64,000 nt of DNA from Lingula anatina. Taxonomy: Eukaryota; Animalia; Brachiopoda. Below, in pieces: positions 13,701 to 26,347 of the stretch. The notes below the pieces were generated by a model. It worked only from the letters and a program-made list of their open reading frames with translations, had not been told where the DNA came from and made no database searches. The translations under genes were made by a program, and so were the position numbers. Numbering within the stretch: position 1 is the stretch's first letter; each line of letters opens with the position of its first letter. The DNA lies in the NCBI GenBank assembly GCA_051362555.1, contig CM120641.1, positions 21,328,001-21,392,000 of the forward strand. Direction: 5' to 3'.

Positions 13701-16700
13701 ATTTTTGATTCATTATTAATAAAAGGATTCATTCTTATAACATCTTTCACATAATACATCTGTTTCTAATTAGAAAATATCAAGAAAAAAAAAACAATGA
13801 CATAAAACACAGTTATATCTACATTTTGTCCATGGTATTCATACTTTAATTAATTTAAAAAATAAAGCCAGATAAAATACAGCAAAGTAAGTGTATTTCA
13901 CAAACAATTTAAATCTTTGGCTCAAAAACTGAATAAATTTTTGTGATAGATAGCTTTATCTTCTATCTATTATATGTAAGTATAGATACACTGCCTTTTG
14001 GTTGGAATTACCTCTTCTGGACTTAAACCCTCTGCCTCTAAGACCTCTTCAATATTCTTATTGACATTTGCTATCAACATGTCTGCTCTTTCCAGAACAC
14101 TCTTAGCTCTTTCCATCTGCTGATTGACATACATTTTCTGTTCCTCTTGCTGGGAAGTGGAGCTGCTAGTCCTAGGGAATACAAATTACATATTATATAT
14201 GCAAGTCTAAGCCCCAGATCTATACTTTTGTTCCAAACTGTTGCCATTTTTTTTAGTAATCTGATAAAATTGTCTGCAATATTGATCAAGGTATCAAGAT
14301 CAACTAAAGTATAGGGAATGCATAACATCTTTAAAAATCTGGCTAAATCCCCACAATAATAACATATATTGTTCCTTTTTTCTATAACCCTTCAACTTAC
14401 CTCGCAATTGACTACATGGTCAGAACTTATACATTCAATGTAAAGTATGAAAAATCAGAAGACATTTCAGAGACCTAACATGTCTTACACTACTGCATTA
14501 GATTGAGTGGCAAAATGATTATAAGTCAGACTGTCCAATTCTTATTCAATACCAATTATGTCAAATTAAAAAGATTAGGTGACCGTGAATAGCCAAATTG
14601 GTTAAGTTATAATGGGCAATTTTTGAGAAATCAAAATTGAAAGACGCATTCTTTTTATTCACCCTCCAATTTGTTTGATGTTTAGTAAAATTTCACATGA
14701 ATAATTATATAATAGGTCTGTACAATACTAGTGCAACAAAAATTTGTAAAAAAATTAAAAGATTTACCTATCTCTTCCAATACTTTCAGTCAGAGAATCC
14801 TTTTTTCCAGGTGCAGTGAACTTGACCTGTGTACTCGTCACATTGGCCTCCACTTCTGGTGACATTAAACCTCCTGTGCCTTTAGTGTCCAAATCCTTGT
14901 CATTCTTTTCCTCAGTCATTACACTAGCATCTTTATCTACATTAGTCAATTCACTTGCAGGGTTGGAGACAGTGTCATTTGTATCTTTTACAGAGTCCGA
15001 CAAACTTCTAGCTTTGGGATACACTTCAACAATGCCAGCAAAATCCACTTTCTCTGCACTGTCACCTTGTCCTGATTCCAGAACACACTCTTTTACCTCC
15101 TGATTGTCCACTGTCACAACTCTTTCCGAGTCTGCCTCAGCATCTCCAGCATCTTCATTTTCTTCATCCTTTTCTTGTGGTTTCTCTTTTTTATGACTTT
15201 GCATCTCTTCTTTTTCTTCTTCTTCTGTCATTTGATTAAAACTAGTATTCTCCGGAACATCCTTTTCAGCATCTGTGGAGAAATCCTTCTTGGGATTAGG
15301 CACCAAGTCTAGGTTCCCATGGAGAGGATCCACAAGCGGCAGGTATTCCGTCTCCACGGGAGTCTCAGCACCAAATTTTTCATTCTCCTCACCACTGTCT
15401 TTCTCCAACATGGCAGCCAAAATTATATCTTTCAGAGAAGAGTCCTCAGGACTTTGTTCGTCCTTGTTTGGTTTTGGTGTTTTGGAGGTTTCATCTGTAT
15501 GTCCACCGTCAGGTGACTGTGATGCTGAACTTTCCATTTCTTCAAACTTTAACATGTCCTCCACAGATACACTGTACACATCAAGAGCTTTATTTATGAT
15601 TTCTTGAGCATACTTGTGGGCAACATCTTGGATGTCTTCACCAAAATAGACATTATTTTCGCTATCCTGTATTGCCATTTGGTTTGTGGTTTCTTGACTT
15701 TCTTCTTCTGCAGCACCCTTCTTTTTCTGAGCAATGTCATCTGCAACCTCAGCCAAAGATGGCTGACCAACTTCATCACCGTCTTTTTCAAACAAATCAG
15801 TTGAAGTCTGGTCAAAACAAGCACCACTTTTTCCAGCTAACACGCTGGTATCAACGTCTTCCTGCATAGGTTCAATGGACTTTTGAATATCTACTAAACT
15901 GACATCAACGGCAAAATCATCATCTTTCTCCAACTCAAACAATGGTGTACTAATGCCTGTGATATGATTGTCCTCTTCATCACCCACGGCTCCTTCTTCC
16001 CCCTCTTCCTCCTCCTCCCCATCCTCAAGCACATTCCCCAGGCTTGCCCTCTTCTCTTCTATTCTCCCCATCAAATCAGATGCTTGCCAATCAGATAGAT
16101 TGTTTGCTTGAGCATACTGTGCAAACTGCATGTCCTGCATGCTGTTCTGTGGTGTGAAAGGATAGGCAGAAACCGATTCCACATTCTTGTTGACTGGATA
16201 TTCATCAGTACTGAATTCCAGTTCTTTCTTTTTCTTATAAATTTTTGAGACCATCTCCGAACTGTTGAAGCTTGGAAGATTGTGCTGTTTTGCGTATCCA
16301 TCAAAATTGAGATCCTGCACACTGTTTTGTGGTGTGAACGGATATCTTTCTGCCTCCTCTGAGACCCCTTCCTCATCTACAGTATCCCCCATGATGGATC
16401 TCTTCTCACGGATCCTAGCAACAACCTCCGAGTTGTTGAAGGTGGGTAAAAGCTCCTGCTTGGCATAAGAGTCAAAATTTGAATCCACAAAACTATTGAC
16501 CGGTGTCAAAGGTCCAGTGTCTCCTCTGGAACTGGGCTGACTGGTGTCCAGTTGACCCTGATTCAATTCGCCACTGTCACCCATACTGGACAATGTTGCC
16601 AAATCATCTAATTGACCATTGGCTACTGCGATGGTTGCAGCCAAGGGAGAGAAAGGATCAAGGTCGTCATCAGCTGACATCTGATTCTGATTATTTTCTG

Positions 16701-17653
16701 CTGAATCAATGACGATATCCACTAAACCTTGACCTGAGCTTGGGTTTTGCTCTGTCATATTAGAACCACTACAGCCATCAATGGGGGCTAGCAAGTCCGA
16801 TGTTACAGAGTCTGAACTATAATTCTGTGGTGGAATAGGATCAAAACCGTCCAGCAAGTTTGAGTTCCAAGTCCCTTCATCCCCTTGCTCTTTTGGTGCT
16901 GGGGAAAATGGATCAAGGTCTCCCATATAATCATTTGTAGAATTAAGCAGTGCTTCACTTGTACCTGAAAGTTCAGCGGCTGTAGTGTTCCAGCTGTATG
17001 GAGCCCTACTTTCTTCCACAGTGCCCAGAGATGTGTCTATTAGACTGTTTTCAGAGGTGTCAAATGTAGAATACAACTCACTGTCTGATAACCTGTTGTC
17101 ACTTTTGTCATCCTTTCTAGTGTCAGATGTGTCAATTGATTCGCTGTCCTTGACACTGCTGTCATTTCCTTCTACAGCCTCAATTGGTTTCCTCTCCAGA
17201 TATCCCTTTACCAATGGTAATATCTTCTTCCTTGAAGCAGTGATGTCTCCTTGATAAAATGCAGTGATGCTATGATGGACAGATGGTATGGGTTTTAAAC
17301 ACAAGTCAGGGTCTTTTGAAGACAAGAGTTCTTGGACAATCTGAAATATAAATATATAAATAAACAATTTAAGTCAGTGAGTCAGTTAATACGTTTTTGA
17401 GACTGTTTCCCTTAATTGTTCAGACTTCTACAGTGTTTCTCTTTATACATTCAAACCCTTCCAGTTAATTAATTATTAATTAATTACCTAAATTAGTTGT
17501 CCATTACATCTTTCTGTTTACAAAAGTGAAGTTTAGAAAGGCCCATTTACATGATAAGCAAAATTAGACAGAAAAAATAAAAACAGACCAGAAATATAAT
17601 TATACAAACAGATAAGTAACAAAATGATAGCAAAATTAATTGTCTTTCTCTCA

Positions 17654-17692
<39 letters not shown>

Positions 17693-18092
17693 ACAGATAA
17701 ATATATTCATCAAAATAATGTATAAATATTTTAGGATAGCAATAACAAAAGCTAACCAAGATTAACATCTCACAATATAGTTCTGTTCATAGCAAGACAT
17801 ATCATAAGGACATGACATAATATTCACCTCTTTTTGTAACTCTTTCTTCCTTGACCACACAGCAACCTGCCTCTCTGGCCTTTTGGCTGCCTCTGATACT
17901 TGTAATGAAAGTAAAACAATGGCATCTGCCTTCTGCTCTACAGCAAACTGTTCTACTTCCCTTTCAATATCTTCAGCACTTAGGAAACTCTGATAACGTA
18001 CACAAATACATCTGTGATCAGCTGCACAGGAAACAATTTTAGTACATATTGTGAATACTCTGATATGCTTTTAAATATAACAAAATAGATGA

Positions 18093-18145
<53 letters not shown>

Positions 18146-21100
18146 GGGGAGGTACAGGACAATTTTCAAACATAATTTATGCCAGCAAATGTATTACACT
18201 GACAATAATAAAATATACGTAATTCTTAAACATTTGACAAATTATTTTGCTAATTAACCATTTCATTGTTAATTAGTGAAAAAATGCAATGTTTTGAATA
18301 AAAATGTCTGCTAGACTAGTTGTTACAGTTTGCCCGTCTGCCTTATCCAACTTGAACTCACCTTTAAATATGTTTTTCCCTATATCAACAGAAAACAAAT
18401 AAATAGACAAGAAATAGATTATTTAATCACTTGAGCTACTTCCTACCTACCTCAATATGTTTTGGCAAAGAACTGAATGCAACAGTTGCTTTATCTGTTG
18501 TGATGACTTTCAGATCTTTCTTCAACAGATCTTTTGTACTTAATGCTGAAAGAAATAAAATTCATGCATGACCAAGTGGCATCTCTTTCACCTAAGAATA
18601 ATGAGAAAAAAGATCTGATAACACCAACTTTCAAACACAAAGAATCTAGATATTGATTGCACCTTTTTCTAAGATCTTCACAAGCAGACGAGATATATCA
18701 AACACAAACTCTTTTCTGGTAAGATAAGCCAAACTCAATGCATTTTCAATCAAATATGTCAAACATGTACCTAAACCAACAGACAAGACCGATCATTCAG
18801 AAATCCCTTGCCATGCTTTAAATAGTGAGAGTTTCACCTCTTTCAGTTATGTACAAAATAAATGCCAATGCCGTTAAGTACACAACTTGAGCGCAACTGC
18901 AGGCTGATTCAGACATTAATTCACAAATAAGTACATGAACTTATAATCCCGGTGGTAGGTAAGGAGTGGCAATAAAGAGCACAACCCAAGCATAATCACT
19001 GTATTTAATTTGAACACATCAACAGTACTCTTGACTATGCTTTTTGCAGGGTAGTGTAACAGATATAGAAACGACAACACGATTATAAACACAACGTGTG
19101 TTTATCAACAAATGAGTTCTTGCCGTCTTACCTGAGCAATCAAACTTGGCTTTCTGTAAGCTATCATACAGATGCTCTCTATTTGCTTCGCCTCCTAGCA
19201 GACTTTCCAATCTCTTCACAATTTCCTCATCTTTTACTGTTTTTCTCCCAGCTTCCTCAGAGAGACAGACAGTATCCAGCAAAATAGTACCTAAAACAAA
19301 CAATCATATATAAAAAATTAAGTGAAGCCAGCATTTTCATCTGATGGATGTTTATATAAACAAAATCTCTGCTTTCAACCTGTGTTAATTTGCTTTGGCA
19401 ATGGAAATGAGACAGTGAGAGAGAGAGAAGAAAAAAGCCAGCAGATTTCTTTTCATGTGCAGCACACATGAGCTTGAAAAAACAACATCAATACACCAAA
19501 TGTTTTCCCTCCCTAACCAATAAAGACAGCTAGATTACAATGCTTTTGAACTTGGCTGATCTTGTATGTTTAAGGGTATTTTAAGCCTTTATTATCATCC
19601 AGACACAGAAAATGATGTTTTTTCCTGCATCTATTTATATAATAATGCATCTATCTTTGTGCTGATTTTAAACAATAAAAATCCCCTTGAAAATATAAAA
19701 TATCATTTTTTATATTTCTCATTGTAATTTATAAACATACAGAACTCAAAACTCTAATTGTCAATTTTACACCTTTCTATTTTGAGGTGAGATAGCAATC
19801 AGTATGGGGCATAACTTCATCCCTGAATAATATTTTATTATCAAAATTGGCATAGTTGGGCTACAATCCTGTGATATTATTTTTGTTTAAATGTTTTTGT
19901 TATGGAGTTATGAGCCCCTAATTACAGATTTTCACTAAACAAATGCATTGTTTTGCTTTATCAATGATAAAATCTGAACAAAGGCTTTTAAGAAAACTTG
20001 CTGGGAGAGTTTTGGGAGTACTAAAATGGTATCAATAAAATGGCACTTATATTGCAATTATGACATCACCTGTAAGATGACACGTGTGTAAATGTTAATT
20101 AATTTAGTCACTGAACACTGAAAATTTTTCTGTTATCCAAAAGAATATATGTAAGGCAGTAAAAAGGATTTGGCAAAGGCTAACAATATCCTTTAAGTAT
20201 ATAAAATAAAGTCCAAGATACACATTGAAAATACAATCTTACATATACATTAACCAGTGTATAACTTTGAAAATGGTGGTACATACCGATTTCTCTGAAG
20301 GTTAAGGATGACTAAGTACGTCTAGAAAAATGTCACACAATACATTTCGAATTTAATTTGATTTTTTTTCAAAAATTTGTCTAAAACAAAAGGTATGTTC
20401 ACTTGAGTCCACTCTATATCAAAACTGGAGAGGGACAATAAATGAGCTAGGCCAAGGACAATTATCTAAGGTACCAATCTCCATTCAATGATCAAAAGTA
20501 AAGTAGTCTTGCAAACAAAATAAAGAGATAAATGAAAATGAAAACAAGCTGTCATCATGGACTACATTTTCCTTTCAAACAATAATGACAGTAGACAGAC
20601 TGTATTGATTTACACGCTACTATTCAGAGGTCAGCCATAACTGCCACTGACACCTTGGTTTTTTAATATTCATCACTAAGCAAGCCCATTTCTTAACGTT
20701 CTTTTTTTTTCAGAAAAAATGGGAGGAAGTTCCAAACCCTAACTTAAAAAGAGCAAGAGCTGTGAAAACAATAAGGTCTTTATCACATTAGATTCTAAAC
20801 CTGTATGTCACCATGGCAACAGATTTGCACATAATTACCACTAGAGGTGAGAAGTTGCTCTTAATATTCTTTCCACAAAATGAAACCACTGGAGTAAAAT
20901 TAATTGTCTGCCTTTACAATACATGCATCAAATTGACAAACATTCTAAGCTTCCAAATTATCCTCTTCAAAGCATCAATATTCCAGTTATTTTTTATTAC
21001 TTTCTGACATTGCATCTTCAATACACATGAACAAGATCTTATCAAATAACATGGTTATGCTTACTGCATCTAATAATTAAATAAAGAAAGAAAATAGTAA

Positions 21101-21153
21101 AATATTTTTGTTTAAAATTATTTGTTCATGAAAAAAATAATAAATGAAACATA

Positions 21154-21191
<38 letters not shown>

Positions 21192-24100
21192 GACAAATAG
21201 ATTAAATGCTTAACTCACCCAGTAGTAGTTTCCCGACTAGTTTATCTGTAACAAAGTTTTGATCGCTCAACAACTTTTCTGCAATCAATGTACAGCAAGA
21301 ACCCACTGGCTCTATCAGAACATCACAACTGAAAAAATATTACTACATATCAGTGGTTATTGCTTCCCTTAATTACCTAGATAATTATATTGCTCATCCT
21401 GAAACAATACACGGGAATCATAAAACTTACTTCATTGACAAAGGTTCTATTACTTAATGATAAAAAAATAATTATAGAAACATAACCACACAAATACACC
21501 GTTTTCTCTTCTTTCATCATTATTCCTGTGCTATCAGAAAGTAATTTTTCATCAATGGTAAATTTGCAAGAATAATCAGATTGGTTTCTTTCATTTGGCC
21601 AGGGTAAATTTTGCATTGTACTTGAATTTTCTTGTCTTCTTTTACTGTAACAGCTAGGCCGAGGCTTGATTGAGCATTTTACAAATATGCAAATGAAAAG
21701 AATATCTATTTTTTTTTACTAAATTGGTATGAAATTGAATACTTATATCCATATCTTACAACGCCTCTTTTTGCTGGTCATACCTGATAAATACCTGAAA
21801 ATTCTCTTAGGCATCAGATAGTATGATTTTGCAAGTGACTTAAAATAATGAGAAGAAATGAAATGTGCAGCAACATTAAGAAAAAAATCCAAGGACAATC
21901 AAGGACATTTGAGGTTCTGAAGTATACTTATCAAGGATTATTTTTAAATGCAAACAAGGGTATCTTAGTTTCAGTATCTTAGTGTGAACATGCCAAAGGA
22001 AAAAAAGTATTTCATATAAACTTTGCATATATTCACAAAATGACAACGAAACACAATTCATGAGCTACCATCTAACATGAACAGAATAAAATTAATTGAT
22101 GACCAAAAGGGGTATTCCCCCTTTCTGGACACTTATGTCTATCTTTGGATTAAAAACTAAAATCAGCTGTCAGACAACTCGGATAAAAGCCATGTATCTA
22201 CTTGTAAATTAAGGCAATATGCTTTATCTCAGAAGATCATATTAGTAGGATTAAATAATACAGGTACTGATACCAGGAATCCAATCAATAAAATAGTGGT
22301 GGCTATTCCCACATAAAGTATATTGTTGTATTGGTTAACCAACTGTCTTTGATATTCATACTCCTGATACTACACTAGCTTTACCTCAGGGACTAGCATT
22401 AACTTAATTGGGGTGGTTTAAGCTCTAACTGATATCTGATACTAAAATTAATTCTCTGGAGATCAATTTAAGTCAAAAATAGGTCAAACCAAAGTTCATA
22501 ACTCAAAACAAAGGCCAATTAGTGTCACAGAAGAAAAATTAATTCCTGAACACAGTCTCTACGATGTGTACATGCATTTCACAGGAAACTCCATAACACA
22601 AATTCAAGAGAGGAAAAAGGCCCAGAATGATTTATTATAGTCTAAACTCTAAAGCATCCGTACTTTATTCTCCAAACAAAAATCTTTAATATTGCTGGGA
22701 AGAGGAGAAGGGGGAAAGGGTGAAAATCAAATGGTGTCACAAAAAACAATTTTTAGTCTTGCATTCTTTGAAACATAGAGACCACACAGAGCTTCCAAAC
22801 TGGGTACTACAAACTGAACAGATTAAATTTGTTATACTGATAAAAAGGAGAAAATTGACTTAAAGACATATAATTTACTAACTGCCGAACCAAAAGTCTA
22901 AGGAGCATTCAGAACAGATTGATCTGCAGACTAACTGATCGGTGGATCAAATATGGCTGACCCACTTGAAAGCAATGCCCCATAATCCCCTAATGGACTC
23001 CCCGCCTCCCACACATGCCCCTGAAGGGGCACAGCAATTAAATCTCTGACTTAACTTCAATCAGGTGTAGGGAACAAGTCAAAAATCAGTACAAGAACGA
23101 ATTGATGGAAGTGTATTTGAGATTTAATTGTTGTGCCCTTGCAGGGATGGCGCATGTGGATCAGTTAGACTCTGAATCAATTTGTTTATGAATGCGCCCT
23201 AAGCATCTCACCCATTACTCTCTTCTCTTTCTCTCTTGCGATGATCTATTACTTCAGAAACAGCACTCTCCAAACCAACATCTTTATTGGGTAAAACATT
23301 GTGATCCACTAAAGTAAGCTTAAGCTTGCCCAGGTCAAGTAAGCTCTTGAGGTCAAGGTCATCTCTGAAGGTCAGAATATCTTGTGACAGCCCATTTTCC
23401 TTCAGAAAATATATGATTTCTGAACGCAATTTGAAGTCATCCTTTGGAATGTTGAGCACTGGAATATGAATAATTCCTTTTCCAGCAGAAACCTAAAAAG
23501 TCAAAAGTGAAAATTTTCCCATTCATTATTAGTTCCAAGCAGCATCAAAGCAAATTTCTGAGTGTATCATATATTCTGTGTCATATGATGAATCTCTCAT
23601 AAGGGCAGGATACCACCGTCATTTCAGAGTACAACAACACACTGATCACTAATAGCACGAAACAGGTTGTGCAATTCAAATATTGCCAAGGCAAATACCT
23701 CACAGTTTACAAGAAGACATTAAGAACAAATTAATTTAGCACCATCTATCATCCATACTTGCCTTAGATAGATAGAAAGCATAGCACAGAGCAGCTACAG
23801 TGGAGTCCAGATCACATGCTTCATTGCCTAGAACCACATGGACAGTGGTCAGATGGTCAACTGACCCCTAGAAAATACAGACTCTGACCTATCAATTCAT
23901 AAATGTCAATGATAAACAATACATTAATGCAACATTGGCCTACACCTGAATACGGTATTGGCTAAATCAAAAACTGAGAAAGGATGTTCTTAGTTATTCA
24001 TTTTATATAATTTCATTTAATCATATTTTTTAAAGATGAAGATAATTAACTTTGGATAAAGATTTGATAAAAAAATAGTTGATCATTTTTGCAATAAATT

Positions 24101-26347
24101 GCCATCTATGATCTACCAAGTGAAGAATTATTTAGTTGGCCTTCAAAAGAAATCTGTTGGAGTAACAAATTTAACAGGTTACTAAATGGTGAAATTAATG
24201 GCTGTCTCTAAATAAGTTAAATAAGACAAAAATAAAGAAGACAGAGAGAAAGAATGAAACAAATAAATATGGTGACAGATAAATTTCCAATAGATATTCT
24301 GCTATACTTTGACCTCCATTTAACCATTTCATTCCAAGAAAATATGCTGATAACCTAAATATCTACCAACTATTAGACAAGCAGATATAACTTAATTCTT
24401 TTTGGCCTATTTAAAGACATGATTGCAATCTACTCTAATAAATTTCTTTCTGTTTTTTTTTTTTTTTTCCTTTTATAATTGCCCATGTTTTGGGCAAACA
24501 ACAATTCTCTTATGACTAACCTTTTTCTTCCACATATTGCGTTTTTTTCATTTGGCTATGATCTTGCTAACACTCCCTTAAAGTGATAACATGAAGATAA
24601 AAGAACTATAACCAACACAATAAAAAGAACTGCTTCTTTATGCCATCTTTCCTATTCAAGTACTCTGACCACATCTGTGTATCAGTTTTCTATACAACAA
24701 TCCAACTCGAGTCCTATGATATCTCCAATGGTCTGATTTATCAGTTCTGCTTTACTTGGAGTGAAAAAAAAAAAGCAACGCAGTTCTGTCACTGTCGGCA
24801 TACTACATAATGAGCACGGGAGTTTTGTTGTCATGGCACTATCAGGGAAAACAGACATGTAAATGAACCTGTATGAACCACTGCCAGATTGCATTACTTC
24901 TACCTGTCAAGGGAGAGGAAACCGTGATATAAATGAACTTAAGTATGGCATCGTTAGATGACAAAATGACAGATCTTAAAGGTGAAACTGCTAGTTAGAG
25001 AAGATACTGGATAATCTTTGGGGAAAAAAACTTGAGCATCAAAATAATAATTTCTTCAATATCATCTTCTGCATATAATACTGCGTTGCAGGCTTATGGT
25101 TTTCTCATTGGGAATAACAGAAACAGAGATCTTCTCTTTTCTCTAGTAAAATTTGAAGGGCAAGGTAATTGAAGGAAACCTTATTCTATGACCACTCATT
25201 TACGTAAACTTTTAAGTCAAAGTATTGGTTATCTCAGAGCTTACTAGGTTTATCTTTTAGGTGGTCCTTGAGAAATTCTCATGAAAAAATATCCAATTTT
25301 CCATCACAATAGACCTAAGTCTTACCTATTTTTATCATTTGGGGTCCAAAATCAACCCTAAACACATGGAAACTCTCATTTCTGTAATCGCCATGAAAAG
25401 CCATCGAGTCAGGAATGATGTAACATATAGCTATGTACATTTTTTCTTGAATGCCTTAATCAAATTTACCTCAAAGACATATACCATGGCAGCTAACATA
25501 TCATTATCAATTAATTAATAAACTGATGGATCACTACCATAACCTAAACGTTTCTAAATAAGCCCATATATGACCTATCCTGAAAATCTTATCAAATTCT
25601 GTAAATAAATTTTTGAGTTAAGCTGTTAACCAACAAAGGCAAAAAACATAACCCCCATGGCAGAGGTCATAAAATAATACAAAAAATGTTCTTTCACAAA
25701 AGACCCTCTTCATTACTTACCACAACTTTCACAATTTAAATCATACTTTTTTGGGGTGACAAATTATCTGCACCTTTACTATTATCCTCTGGCAGGAGTT
25801 TTTTTTTTTTTTTTTTTTGTCATAGTTAAAGGTATCCATAGTCATGAAACCTTATTTTGACACAGAAATAAGCAATTTCCCCTCAAAAATCATTGTTCTA
25901 CCTGTCCTTGCAATTGGGTTGGATGTTTTCCATCATTTTTAATTAGATAGCTTAGTTTTAAATGGATCACAATTCAATTGGACTGCTATCAATCTTCCTG
26001 ATGTACCAGAAGAAAATACTGACATCATGTACTTTTCTTAGAGGGGTTTTAATATTTTCAAGGTCTGCTGTGAGGAAATATAAGTAGCTGTGCAGAATAT
26101 TTAAACATAAAGATATGACTTTAGGGCATTCTTATTATATGTGTAGATTAATTTTAGGAAATCTTATGAAACAAAGGAAATAGATTCATTTCTTTTTTTT
26201 TTACCTTTTTAACAGTATTAAATATATTTAAATATTATCCAAATATGTACTAGTAAGACTATAAGGAAGAAAGGAGCAGAGAAAGATCAAATGGAAAAAC
26301 ACAACTTGTAACCTCACCTCTATGATACTCCTGAGAAATTCTTCCAT
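4755..26347 (-). CDS. PRUNE2: PRUNE/PRUNE2 (BMCC1)-like protein: DHH + DHHA2 phosphoesterase, long acidic region, C-terminal BNIP2/BCH (CRAL-TRIO) domain; ~1539 aa, 17 coding exons
   Basis: Exons (minus strand): 26347-26318 ([10 protein letters not shown]), 23867-23763 ([13 protein letters not shown]), 23492-23212 (LVDHN, IDHR), 21328-21219 (EPVGSCCTL), 19290-19132 (GTILLDT), 18545-18451 (LLKKDLK), 17989-17828, 17340-14768 (ASRKKILP + acidic region), 14171-14012, 13649-13526, 13066-12857 (EMEWE), 12415-12269 ([16 protein letters not shown]), 11818-11716 ([19 protein letters not shown]), 11247-11116, 9916-9830 ([14 protein letters not shown]), 9423-9325, 4797-4755. All phases are compatible and the total is 4620 nt. 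The choice of terminal exon is less certain. Confidence 0.9.
4914..7983 (-). mobile_element. Non-autonomous Helentron/HINE (DINE-1-like) element, copy 1, with ~13 x 146-bp central repeats
   Basis: It shares sequence with 36632-38710 and 57152-61045. Sub-terminal IRs are ATTGTACCACCAGC (4950-4963) and GCTGGTGGTACAAT (~7969-7982). There is a 5' stem-loop at 7951-7980, a (CCGGCGGAG)n microsatellite at ~7881-7925, and a 3' hairpin GAGGCG..CGCCTC followed by a CTAG-TT end on the minus strand. It has no coding capacity. Confidence 0.88.
5115..6980. repeat. 146-bp tandem repeat array (~13 units) inside HINE copy 1
   Basis: The motif GTAGGTCAAAGGTCAATTTCAAGGTCAC recurs every 146 nt (e.g. ~5702, 5848, 5994, 6140, 6286, 6432, 6578, 6724, 6870). 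Near-identical ORF-track peptides are offset by 438 and 292 nt. Confidence 0.95.
10175..10475. mobile_element. Old degenerate MITE
   Basis: Imperfect terminal inverted repeats: CTAGATCCCATTTTACAAAAAGA at the left versus TATTTTTGTGAAACGTGATCCTGG at the right. Confidence 0.35.
10507..11059. mobile_element. ~550-bp MITE with 16-bp TIRs (PIF/Harbinger-like ends)
   Basis: TACCCCATTCACACTA (10507-10522) pairs with TAGTGTGAACGGGGTA (11044-11059) with 1 mismatch. Internal GTTCACACT copies occur at ~10586 and 10981. It is CpG-rich relative to the flanking intron. Confidence 0.75.
14768..17340 (-). CDS. PRUNE2: Large 2573-nt exon of the PRUNE2-like gene (end of DHHA2 + acidic/disordered region with DPF motifs and three ~57-60-aa repeats)
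   Basis: It lies within the 867-aa ORF 14764-17367. The acceptor is ttcag|ATT at 17340 and the donor is AG|gtaaat at 14768. It begins with the conserved prune motif [14 protein letters not shown]. Confidence 0.9.
17655..17691. repeat. Poly-A tract (~37 nt)
   Basis: Directly visible homopolymer in a PRUNE2-like intron. Confidence 0.9.
18093..18146. repeat. Compound (GT)n(GA)n microsatellite
   Basis: Directly visible. Confidence 0.9.
21153..21191. repeat. (AAT)n microsatellite
   Basis: Directly visible. Confidence 0.9.
25560..25672 (-). mobile_element. Degenerate end of a second, older HINE/Helentron-type family
   Basis: The minus strand reads TTATGACCTCTGCCATGGGGGTTATGTTTT. This resembles the widespread TTATTACCTCCGCCAAGGAGGTTATGTTTT hairpin terminus of aquatic-animal non-autonomous Helentrons (recalled, not aligned). 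Confidence 0.45.

Noticed and set aside
14816-17254. Several plus-strand ORFs opposite the large PRUNE exon
   Set aside because: They are antisense shadows of an acidic coding exon.
24682-24894. 70-aa minus-strand ORF in a slightly CpG-richer intronic patch (alternative first exon?)
   Set aside because: There is no recognisable homology and no convincing in-phase donor to the next exon.
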